Origin: Gnetum montanum
Taxonomy: Eukaryota; Plantae; Gnetophyta
Assembly: GCA_015680685.1 (NCBI GenBank)
Contig: MNCI01001177.1
Location: 147,412 to 211,411, forward strand
DNA: 64,000 bases
Reading direction: 5' to 3'
Below are positions 50,018-62,600 of the stretch, in pieces. A model generated the notes under the pieces. That model was given only the letters and a program-made list of their open reading frames with translations. It ran no database searches and was not told the DNA's origin. Positions within the stretch are counted from its first letter, which is position 1. Each line of letters starts with the position of its first letter. The position numbers were made by a program, and so were the translations under genes.

Positions 50018-50886
50018 TGATGAGTGGTGGAGTACCCAACACCTAACCATACGAGATACAAGTGTTCATGGGCAATCCCAATCGAACTCTGTAGATAAGG
50101 CAATGTGATTATACTAGTAATTGATTAGATTTTACGATCATTGTCTTCCCACATGAGTTAGTAAAATCAATGCATATGGTTTAACTAACACTGAGGTATA
50201 TGATATTGATGTTGTATTGGCCATTGAGCTCCTAGTAAACATAAAGTGAAAGTAAAGGTTTCTAAATCTAAATGATAGTAAAACAAATCTAAACTAGCCT
50301 ATTTGATGAGTAGTTGGTTCTAATCTTTTGGTCACATCTTGGACTTATTGCAACTACTATTGGGATTATCAAGTACCACACTACTGGGCATACCAAGTGA
50401 TAGTACTACTGGGTTACCAAGTAGTTACACTTACGTGCTTGAGGTTAGTCATATTCATTTTTGTAAACAACATTAAAAGTAAATTGCAGGTATCATAAAC
50501 ATTAACTATGAAAATAGTAAAATAGTAAACTAATTAAAAATAGAAATAAAACTAAGTGTTGCTACAATGATGTACAGTAATCTTGATCTATATTATTGTG
50601 CATGCAATGCGTCCAAGTACATCATACTTGAATAAAGATTTCATTCAATTCCAAAACATCACACTGCAGGCACACACTACTAAGTACTGAATTCAAGAAA
50701 AAAAACTGAAAGAGTTCTATTTCTAGGCGATCAAATCTACTACAGATCCATGTGCCTAAGTGCTACTTATATAGGTTGGCACACACTACATGATATCGTA
50801 TATACAATAATGTATGTTGAGACATGATAATGTATTTGTGACATTATAGATACAATATCGTTGCCTCAAAATTTTTGGATTTATCA
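50018..50886 (-). repeat. LTR A (shared middle LTR)
   Basis: Preceded on the minus strand by PPT-like ttgtgagggta and followed by PBS ttggcaccattgccaggga (49999-50017). Confidence 0.88.
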
Positions 50887-51112
50887 TACCCTCACAACTA
50901 ATTGAAAACTCATCCTTGAGTTAAAACAAAATGAGGATAGAGTTCCTTACAAAATTGAGAGGTAGATTTACATGAAATTGACTTCTATAGACATGACTAT
51001 CTAGTGCCCTAGTGGAGTTTACAAAAATGAAACATGACATGCCAATTTTGACAAAAAATGAGAAGAGGAAGAAAAAAAAAAGAAACAAAATCTTGCAAGG
51101 TTGAGTGTAGCC

Positions 51113-53860
51113 TTATGTTGTTCTAGGCAAAGGTGGCTCTTTTATAGGTTTCTTCCCCTTGTCGTCGGGGTTCTTAAATTGGTATCTATTCAGGAGCACC
51201 TGTAACTTTTCTTCTTTCATTTGTGGATCCTGGACCATCCATGCTAATGAACCAATGTTTGATGGATTTAGTATATTCCATGGACATAGTAGTTGTGGAA
51301 ACATCTAATTAACTTTAACATATCATGTTGCAAACTCTTGTCTCTCTTCTCCAAAAGCTCTAGCCTTTTTTATGAGTTCATGGTAGTCTATTAATTTTTT
51401 GGCCAAATTCACTACTACATCTTTTTGCCCCTAGTAGCTAGCCTTAATTACTTCTAGTTCTAAGTTTGCTACTTGAAGTGTTTGTAGAGCATATTTTCTA
51501 TCTGCAAACTCCTTCTCGTACAAGGCATAGGTAGCTGCTACTTACTGTTCTAGCTTATTTCTAGGCCTGTTATTAACATGGCTAAATTAGCATATCAGAG
51601 GTTTGTTAATGCCATGTATTCTTTTAAATCCTCTATCTGCAAGTTTTTATTTTTCACTTTTTCTTGATAGGTCTGGGTCATGTGATCCAAGATGGGTTGC
51701 CAATCAGGATTTTGTGCTATAAGAGGACTGATTTTAACCTTTTCAATTTGGATCTCTTTTTCATTTATTTGCTTGTACATGCCCACTTGGTATCGGAAGT
51801 GTTCTTTGAGCCTTTCATGTTTCCTAGCCTCATTTTGCCACACGTTGATTTTGATAGCTGATTTTAGTCTAATGGCATGTGCCTCCTTCATAGAGAGGGT
51901 TCTCTCTTCTCTTGTAAGGTAGCTCATATCCTGGTTGATCCTCTTTAGTTACTCTCTCAACTGATGGATACTTTCTTCTAGGGTGTTTTTCTACTTTTCT
52001 ACTATGATCAACCTTATGTTATCTATAGTGAGTTTTTTGTTTTCTTCCTGTAAGGTAGCAAGTGCTTTGGCGTGGGCATATAATTAGGCTTTGGCTACTA
52101 AAGCTTTCCATATTGCCTTTTTTTTCTCATCTACTATGTCTTTATTGTTCTTAAGGAGGAAATTAGTTTGCTTAGTTCTAAATTATGCTATATGATTTGG
52201 TGTTATGAGTTGAGTTGGATCTCTGCTTTTTACTCTTAGGGCTGTAAGCTCTTCTTGTAATCAATGAAACTCATTCTTAGCATGCTCTACCCTAGCTTCA
52301 TCCATGATTAATTTTCCTTTGGTGGCAATTAATTCAGATAGTGTTGCAATGATATCACTAGGAATATCAAGGAGATTTATCATTACTTGTCCTATCTACA
52401 ATAGTCTATATAACACATCTTTATGTTTTGCAAGAGTCATAGAGGTACTAGCTAGCATTTTAGCATCTGTGGTTCTAGAAATATCAGCTGGTGGCACAAT
52501 AGGTACATTACATAATTCTTTGGTGTGATTTGTGATCATTTCTGTGGCTCTCACTACATCATGGTGCTACATGACCACAACTGTGGCTTCTTCTTCAAAT
52601 TCAAGCACCACTTAGAATGATGCAGCATTCTTAGAAATCTATTATGACCATTGGGCCTCTTCTCCTAATTGCAATGATATTTTTCCACTAGTAGGATTGG
52701 TTGAAATGGATGGTCTGACTACATCATCAATAACTTTGAATAGATTGGCCTCTTCTCTACTTCCCCAATTGATAGTTTCTGCAATGTGTTGCAGATGACT
52801 CATTAAAGGTCTATAATCTTGCAGAGATGGTGGTGGAACTTATGGTTGCTGCTACTGTTGTCTTGTGGTTGGGTAGTCTCCTTAGTGCCTGGTTGTTCTT
52901 CTAATTGGTCTTTTTTGGGAGGCACTGGCTTAAGCATTTTGGCATAGGAAGCATTCGGTGCCTTAATGCATCATTTGTATACCCTAGGATGCCAGCTAGT
53001 TTGCATAACTTTTGGATAAGGCAAGGGAATGGAAGTATTAACTTTCCTACCTTCTTCTCCTCGACCCACCTTTCAATTTCTTTGAAGTAGAGGTGAGAAA
53101 TTTTTGCATTAAATTTTCCCATTAATATTGCACTCCCTTTGGCCAGATATGTAGAGATTTGATTTAATCTCTTGGTAGGAAACATGTGATAAGAGCCAAT
53201 TTTGAAATAGATCTTTTCTTCTGCAGTCAATTCACTATATCCTTTATCTTTCTTGCCATACACCCACTATAACCATAACTTCCTAGTGTCTGTGTCAAAT
53301 ATGGTTGATATTTGTGCCACCTTTGCTCCTTAATTAGGCACATTCAATACCTCTGCTATTGCCTTAACTGAGTAAGATACTAAGACTCCTTCAACTTTGA
53401 TTGTAGCATTAGCTTCTTAATTTTGCCAAAAATGGAGTGTTTCTCCTAGATACCATTCTCCATTGTTTGTTAGAGTAGGCCACAAAGGAGATGACTGAAG
53501 TTGGGTTTTAATAGCTACTGGAGAAAATTCCAAGAATCGACCAAGGTTGAGTTCCACAATGACTGTTGACATGATGGATTTTTCCTAAATAGCTTGAAGG
53601 CATTCAAGTGATAGTGTAAGTTGTTGTCCCTGGATAGGCACTAGTAGAAAATTTTCTTTTACTTGAGTAGATTGTTCTATGGTAGGAATTTGTTGATGAA
53701 TGTTGAAGGGTTTTGCTTCCTACTCTCCTTGTTTTGCTTACGGATTTTTCTCGCTTGCTTATCCTCTTCCACGATCTCGTGGTCTTTTGCTTATTGGTCA
53801 TGGAAGTTCTCCTTGTGCTCCTATTTTTGGAACCATCTACAATCAATCAAGGGTTTGGAA
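51113..53860 (-). pseudogene. Athila env-like or accessory ORF (decayed) with a long coiled-coil C-terminus
   Basis: Colinear ORF pieces: HFWQN..IKVEGVLVSYSVKAIAEVLNVP; LILPFPCLIQKLCKLAGI; E/K/Q-rich helices at 51350-52300; lies directly 5' of the PPT and LTR A. Confidence 0.6.
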
Positions 53861-56699
53861 TTACTAGAATATTCTCATAAATGAGCAACAATTTGATACC
53901 TTATTCATACCCTTAGTTATATCAAGTTCTTAGAGCATTATGATTGTAGAGTTAGAAAATTTTTCAATAACAACCCCATTAGTACTTTAAATGAGTGGTA
54001 TGGTCAATTAGAAGCCTTCTTAAAGTTTTTTTGGCCAACACATGAGTGATTTAATTTAAAAATTCTTAATATGTTTCCTTAAACTTACCCTTATACCTTT
54101 CGGTTGTTAGTAGTTTTGAAAAAATCAACACAAATTTCCTTTCCCTTACTAGCATCCCCCCATGACTAAGGTGATCACGTCAGGATCACGTAGATTTGAA
54201 AATCATGCATATTGGGGCAATAATGAGAAAGTTATGGGAATTAGAAGTTGGAGTGTTAGAGCTCTTAGCTACAAATAAAAATTGGCAACAACTCCCTTCT
54301 TATGAAATTTAGAAATGAAAAATTTTTCTAACTCCCCTACACTATATATAGATTTTATGGATGTAATATCGTACATATGACATCGTAGATGTGATATCGT
54401 AGATGCCTGTGATATTGTAGATATGATGTCACCTTAGAAAAATCAAAATTTCTAAATATTTTTCTCAGAAAAAATTGAGTCCCATAGGATACTTGAAAGA
54501 TATGCCTCATGTTGAAAGGGTCTTAATATAGAGATGATGCTTTAGTTGTGAAAAATAAGTGTTGAAAGTCTATGATTAAGGAATCTTGGGCAATGAACAT
54601 ATATGAGGTATTTGATGGAATGGATGAGAAAGACAACATTGTTATGTTATTAGAATGGATAGTGTGAATAATTGGAAAGTATTTTAGATGGTTTGGAAGG
54701 TTCACGATGATGTGGAATCACTTGGTAGATATAAGATTTAATAGTTATACAAGTGGATCCTCCCCAAACTAGGCTCTAGCCCTTAATGCCCTTGTATAAC
54801 CATGCCTAGAAGTGTCCTTAGGCACTTAAGGAGTTGAATGTAATGCATACCTATTTAGCAAAACACACATATTAGTATCACCAAATTGGAAAAATAACTC
54901 TATGTTACACAAAATCATAAGTTATGATTATTCAAATAGTGAGATGAAATGGTTTGAGAAGGGATTGTAGAAATTGGGATGTGAGGTGTCTTACCATAGG
55001 CATAATGAATTCTTGTGTTTTATTAGTGGTTAAAGTAATCGCTAACCTTTGTGTCCAAGATTCAAACCAAGTTGAGACCACATTCCAATGACATTGCATT
55101 GTTTCATCTCTTGGAATTACAATTGTAAGACTATTAATGTTACAAGAGGTATTTTCACTTGGCATATTGTCCAAGGGAAGAGTTTTATTCACGACACTTT
55201 ATTTTATTTTGAAATTTCTGAGAAGCTACCTACCTTCAAGCATGGGTAACATGTCTTTCTTGTGGGAACCCTAGAAACTTATTTTGTGCTTTTTACTTGT
55301 TATTTGTGTCAACCCTTTTTAAGGTAGCACTTTTTTTACTCTTACTTCCATTTTTCATTAGATCTACAAGGATATAATACAACCTTAGTAACATGATAGA
55401 ACTTACAATAATAGTCCAAAAATAATCTACAAGTTCCCTTGATGTCACACCCTTTTCATTCCACTTGGTTCTTCACTTTTTTGTCTAGACATAGTGATCA
55501 CAAGTTTATTCTTAGTTTGATGATGGAAAGAATATCATTATGGCCATGGTAAGAACCTTTTATTAATGGAATAAATGGATGAATAGTGTGAGCTCACTAT
55601 GCAAATAATCAATCTCTTATGACTTGATATCATAGAGAAATATTCACCTTATCAAGCTACATCTTACCTTTATTTAAATGTGTTTTATTAATGATCAAAA
55701 AAAATATTTACAAAGGGTTTGAAAAAAAATATAAAAGAAATGGAAAAAATAGTAAAAATTATGAAAAAGTAGAAAGAATGAAAAATGTTAAAGAATTGAA
55801 AATTGTGAAAGAACTGAAAGATATTAAAGAATGTCAAAAGTTCAAGAAATGAAAAGTATCAAAGAATGAGGAAAAAATGAAAAGAATTGTAAAAAAATGA
55901 AAAAGTACTTATTAATTTTGGAATCAAAGTAAGGTATCTCCCCCATGATTGAACTCATGGGCAAGTGTTTGGAAGATGCTCCCTAGATCCCCTAGATCAC
56001 ACACTCTAGGTGGTTGACTTACTATCTTTAGTGATTTAACTTTTCAATTATTATCCCGTGTAATCTTAATGGTAGTTGAGTTTTGATCATCCAAGTACCT
56101 ATTTTCTTTTCCTTTTGGTGTATGATTATGATTTATTAATTTTATTTTAAGGTTTTCAGTTGGAATCATTTTCTTAGATTGGGAATTAGTAAGTGGTTCA
56201 GATGTTTCCATGCATGTTTGAGATGATTATTGGTTCTAAGTTAGTGGCCCAATGGTGTCTTTTGGTTTGTTGTCCTCTACTCTTTCTTTTACACACACTT
56301 GTTCCTCATTATTATTGTGGACTGGGATGGTGACTATGTTGGTGTTTTGGAAGATTGGTCCACAACTGTACCCTTCTTTTTTAGTAGTAATGCATGGAAT
56401 TGCCTATCTCTCCACAATGAAAGGTTCATATATTATGTTTTCCACTAGAGTGATAATGAGTGTTGGATTTTGTGTTAGATTAGGAGACATTGTTTTGGTG
56501 AGGAAGGATGCTGCACTTGGCTGGCCTTGTGCTAGTTTTGATGAGCGAGTAGTTCTATGAGTTTTATGCCGATGTGAGGAAACTATCCTAAAGAAAGGAT
56601 GTTTTTGAGACTGTGGTTGAGATCTACTAGGATTATCATTTATGTGTATGTTTGTAGCACAAGTGGCATTATTTCATTGATGTTGTGATGCCAATCCTT

Positions 56700-58590
56700 C
56701 TTGTGTTGTTGGCGATGACATATGATGGAGGGAAGTATGAGAATATTGAGGATGTCATAGAGGATAAGAGGTTTGAGATGATGATCCCATAGGAGATGCT
56801 ATGGGTTGATGATACTTAGGAGAGTGATAATAGTGATTCAAGGTAGAAGAAGTAGAACCATTTGGAGAAACAAGTTGTTGAACATAGTAGTCATACGGGT
56901 TTGGCTCGCAATAAGGATATTGCTGATTTGTTGATGGCATTCTTCATGACTGTGGGGTTTTCCACTACGGTTGATAGTAGTGTTGAGGATAATAAGAAGT
57001 TCCACTAGAATAGTATGGTTGGTTGTAGGACTATCTATAATCACCTTGTAAGTATGGTAATTCCCTAGGCATTTCCTTTTGTACAAACTTAGGATTCAAA
57101 GTAAAAGCCCAATACTCATGTAGATGTAACATGACTAGGCAATGGTCCTTTGGATGGTCATATAGGCACATGTCACATCCATCATCCTCTTTTGTGGTTG
57201 AGTCTATAGCCTCTTCTTCTACAGCTATTTTCCCTTTTTGCTGATAAGTGTTCCTACCATTTTCTTTGTTCTTTTTCCTCTTCTTACTTTGCTCACTATA
57301 TTCTTTTTGCATTACTCTCTCCTCTATGGTTTTTACATAGTCATAACTTTGTCATTTATCAACTCTCACATCTTATCTATCTGACTTCAAGCACAGTTAT
57401 AGACTTTTGTATTGGCAAGGTTTGTTGTGAAATCACCTTGTCAAGAGCTATCTCCTTTTCCTCATCATAGATAAGAGTTGGATCCTAGTTATAGTCCTCT
57501 ACATTCATTAGTTTACATAGTTCTCCTTCTTCTTTTGCCACTCACTCGGTTAGCCTTTGTATCTAATGGGCTTTCAATTTGGATAATTGACCTTGGGCAT
57601 AAATCCCAAGGGTCTCTCTCATTTGGTTATGAAGTCCATCTATGATGTGGAAAAGCTACTCTTTTTGAGAGAAATCATGGCCTAGACATCTATGTAGTAG
57701 TGAATAGTATCTATCCAAGGCCACATCCAAGGATTCATGTTTTTCTTACATCCATCCTTGGATTTGTTTCCTCTGATTGGACTCTTGCATAGGTTTGGTA
57801 TATCTCATTGAAGAGTTCCAGCATTGTGGACCATCAATGGATTGAATCTGGTTCCAATGATCTATACCAACTTTTAGTTTTGTCAACTAGTGTCCTAGGG
57901 AAGAGCTTAAGCTTTTGCCACTCAATCTCAATGTTCTGCAAGGTGTAGGCATCATGAAAGGCTTGTAACTAATGTTATGAATTAGAATCATAGTCTCCCA
58001 CAAATTTAGTGATGTTATTCGTATCAAGCCTTTTGATGCAACTTTCCCTTTGATGTTTGTGGGGGTATTCTAACTACCTTTGTTATTTGCATCATGCTCC
58101 TAGTAGCCAATAAGGATTCATCATTTTTAGTCATGTTGTGGTGATAATTTCTATTTCTTTGATTATGATGATTTTGTTCATGCTCATAGTGATGATCTCA
58201 TTTATTTCTACTTCTATCTTCACCTTGATCCCTATTTCTATACCTATGTTCATCTTTGTCAAAACTAGATGTGGAAGAGGAAGAGGAAGATGGGAACTAG
58301 GAGAATTACCATGGCTGCTATATCTCCTCCTATGGTCCCTTGATTTACCTCTTCTAGGTTTGGAGGAGGTCCTAGGCCTTGAGGCCCTCCCTGTTCTAGG
58401 ACTTACTCCATCTCTTCTAGGATTATCTACATTAGTTGAACATAGTCTTTGAGTGTAGTAAGGGTCTAAATGAGCATATGAAACCCCTACTTGTGATTGT
58501 TCACTCCAATTCGCTTTAGTATATATCCTATCATTTCTGCTATGAATGTTCTCATCATATGATGCATTATTGGTCCTATGTGAAGAAGAC
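56700..58590 (-). pseudogene. gag pseudogene, unit 1
   Basis: LQAFHDAYTLQNIE..KLKLFPRTLVDKTKSWYRSLEP; C-terminal CDMCLYDHPKDHC; stop codons. Confidence 0.75.
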
Positions 58591-58724
58591 TTGGTTATTT
58601 CTGATAATGTGTGTGACTTAAAATATTATTATTTTCTAAAAGATAAATCATTAATACTTTTATAGCAATCATTTATGATATAAATAATCTAGATAACTAG
58701 CATCATCCTTGACAATGGTGCCAA

Positions 58725-59607
58725 TGATTAGTAGTGGAGTATCCAACACCCAACCATACGAGATATGAGTGTTCACATATAATCCCAATTGAACTCCATA
58801 GGTAGGGCAATGTGATTATACTAGTAATTGATTAGCATTTGTAATTGTTGTCTTTCCATATGAGTTAGTAAAATCAATGTATATAGTTTAACTCATGATG
58901 AGGTATATGATATTGATGTTGTACTGGCCATTGGGCTCCTAGTAAGCATGAAGTGAAATTAAAGGTTTCTAAATCTAAGTGATAGTAAAACAAATATACA
59001 CTAGTCTATGCAATGAGTAGCTGGTTTTGATCTTCTGGTCACATCTTAGACTTCTTGCAACTACTATTGGGATTATCAAGTACCACACTACTGGGCGTAC
59101 CAAGTGATAGTACTAATGGATTACCAAGTAGTTACACTTACGTGCTTGAGGCCATTTGTACTCATTTTGCTTAATGACATTAAAAGTAAATTGCAAGTAT
59201 GGTAAACACTAACTATGAAAATAGTAAAATAGTAAACTAATTGAAAATAGAAATAAAACTATGTGTTGTTGTAATGATGTAGAGTAATCTTGATCTTTAT
59301 TATTGTGCATGCAATGCATTCAAGTACATTACACTCAAATAAAGATTCTGTTCAATTACAAAACATCACACTACATGCACACACTGCTAAGTACTGAATT
59401 CAAGAAAAAAAACTGAAAGAGTTCTATTACTAGGCTATCAAATGTACCGTGGATTTGTATGTCTAAGTGTAGCTTATATAGGTTGGCATGCACCTCATGA
59501 TATCATTTATACAATAATGTACATTGAGATACAATAATGTATCTACGACATTGTAGATACGATCTCATAACTATGATATTATTACCTCAAAATTTTTGGA
59601 TTTATCA
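58725..59607 (-). repeat. LTR B (5' LTR of the nested element)
   Basis: TGATAA..AATCA termini; PBS at 58706-58724; colinear with 50018-50886. Confidence 0.88.
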
Positions 59608-62600
59608 ACTTTCATAAATAATAAGAAGGTAGTAATAATTAATGTGAACCTAAAAGAAGAACATAAATAGAATTTTTTGGAAGTAATTAACAGATGACCC
59701 ATAGCATTCGCATGGTCTTATGATGAGATCACAGGAATTGATTCAAGAATTCGTCAACATTGGATATATACTGATCCATCAGTCAAACCATGATGCCAAC
59801 CCCAAGGAAGGCTTAATCCTAAATCAAAAGAAGTAGTCAAGCAGGTGTTGGAAAAATTGCTAAAGGTAGGATTCATCTATCCTATTGTAGATAGAAAATG
59901 GACAATCCCTTAGTGGTTGTTCCAAAGAAGGAGGGCAAATGGCAAGTCTACATTGATTTTTGAATGTTGAAAGTTGCTACATTTAAATATCACTTTCCTT
60001 TTCCATTTGTTGATCATGTGCTAGATACCATCGTAGGACATGAGTATTATATTTTTCTGGATAGATACAACAAATATAACTATACTTGCATTACACCTGA
60101 AGACCAAGAGAAAACAACATTGACTAGTACATGAGGAACATTTGCCTATAGGTAGATGTCCTTTAGTCTTTTAGAGACTAGTACTTATTATCTTTGAGAA
60201 ACAAACTGGCAATGGTGTTGAGGTCTTCATGGATGATTTTTTAACATATGGGCTTGGTATCAAGCAAGCACCAGACTGGTTAAAGTAGCTATTGAAGAGA
60301 TGTGTGGAAATCAATCTTAAGTTCAACTAGCAAAAAAAATACCTTATGGTCTAGGATGGTATAGTGTTGGGACATAGAGTCTTGTAGAAAGCCATTGAGG
60401 TAGATCTTGAGAAAATTCAAGTCATACAGAATATCACTCAAAGGTCATAGATAGTAAAAGATGTGAGATCATTCTTGGGCCACACAGGATATTATATAAG
60501 ATTTATAGAGAATTTTTTAAAGATAGCAAAAATACTCATGAAACTCACTAAGAAGGATGCACCTTTTGAATGGACAAAGTCATGCAAAAAGACATTTGAA
60601 GCTCTAAAGCAAAAACTAGTTGAGACACCAATCCTTCAAGCTGCAAATTGGTCTAGGGATTTTCACATCGTGACCAATGCTTCCAATAATGCGCTTGGTG
60701 TAGTATTAACATAACTAGATGATAAAAAGAGACCTTATTATATACACTATGCTAGTAGAAATCATTAGAGCACAATAGAACTACACCACCACAAAAAAGG
60801 GGCTGATGGCTATGGTGTATGCACTTGAAAAGTTTAGACATTATGTGCTTGGGTATCAAATTTATGTCCATACCAATCATAGTGCCATCTGATTTCTCAT
60901 GAACAAACTAATGGTTAGTCCAAGATGATAAGATGACTCATTATTTTGCAAGAATTCAACATCACAATGATTGATAAAAAGGGAATGGAAAATGTGGTAG
61001 CTGATCATCTATTAAGGCTAAAATGGGATACCCAAGATCAAGTAGAACCTTTATTCGACTAATTCCTCGATGAGAACCTATTTACCAAAACTATGAAGGA
61101 TGTAAGTTTAATAGGGAAGCCATGGATAGAAAAATATCTAACCTATCTATCAACAAAAGAGCTTATTGACTAGAGTAAGAAATAATGGGAATAATTCCTT
61201 CATAGAGCAAAAAGATACATAGAAATAAATGGTAATATATACAAGATCTATGTAGATGGGCTAGTCAATGGTGTGTGCCAGAGTGTGAAAAACAGAGAAT
61301 CTTACAAGATGTCCATGAAGGTCCATGTGGTGGCCACTATGCAAGGCATAGAATGACATTTAAATTGATTATGGTAGGCTACTTTTGACCTACCTTGTTT
61401 AGAGACACCCATACTTTTATGCAATCTTGTAAGTGATGCCAAAAAGATGGAGGAATTATGGCCAGATATTAAGGGCCACAATAATGGATATAACCACTTA
61501 AATCCTTTGACATATGGAAAATTAATTTTATGGAACCCATAATGCCAATGTCGAATAGAAAAGCATATATAATTGTGACTATGGATTATTGTACTAAGTG
61601 GGTAGAGGTAATAGCAGTTAAAGACTATACAACGAAGATAGCTAGGAAAATTTTCCAATAGCATGTGGTGAATAGATTTGGAGTACCAAGAATGCTCATA
61701 TCAGATAACAAGACTCAATTCACTAGTGCTATGTTTAAAAAGCTTATGCAACAACTTGGAGTGAACCATAAGCTAACCACATCATATCATCCCCAAGAAA
61801 ATGGTCAAGCTGAAGTTATTAATTAAGAAATTATTAGGATACTTACTAGGATGGTTAGTAGGTTTAGAAAGGACTAGAGCACTAAATTGAATGATGCTCT
61901 ATGGGCCTATAGAACATCCTAGAAATTACCTATAGGATACTCACCATATGAGTTAGTTTATGACAAGTTACTAATGCTCTCGATCTAGGTAGAGCTCCAC
62001 ACTCTAGCTACTATTGGTTAATTTGACCTTGATTTGAGCTTAGTCCAATATGAACATATCATAAATCTAAACCTTTTAGATGAAAATAGGCTTGTAGCAC
62101 TCATGAGTAATGAAGTCCATAAACATCACTTCAAACTTAAGGCATGATACATGGATAAGATAAATAACTATACAACTGGGAAATAAGATCCTTTACTATA
62201 ATCCTAATTATCTATCCCAAAAAGCCAAATTTCAAACACTTTAGGAGGGACCATACATTGCTCAAGCCACTCATCCATCTAGTGCCTTACATATCTACCA
62301 CCCATCCCATCCACATAAGCTCATTCTTGCTAACATCCAACAAGTAAAATTCTACTATGAACATTCTAGGGAATCTATCCACTTCATCCAACTGTCTTCC
62401 ACTTGTTCCTCTTTCATTTAATCAATCCTGATAATAATCATGGGGGTGTCTATCTCGACCTGTAGTTACTTTACTAAACTTTTTACTTTTTCATTCTTTT
62501 ATACTTTTTCGTTTGTTAATAATTTCTTAATTCTTTCACATTTTTCTATTCTTTAGTAATTTTTCATTCTTTTAACAATTTCATTCTTTACATATTTTTT

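Larger units (their letters stand above)
48084..59607 (-). mobile_element. Nested, pol-less, three-LTR tandem Athila-like element
   Basis: LTRs at 58725-59607, 50018-50886 and (partial) 48084-48600; PBS after the first two; two gag copies; TSD gcttt/acttt at 48079-48083 and 59608-59612. Confidence 0.85.
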
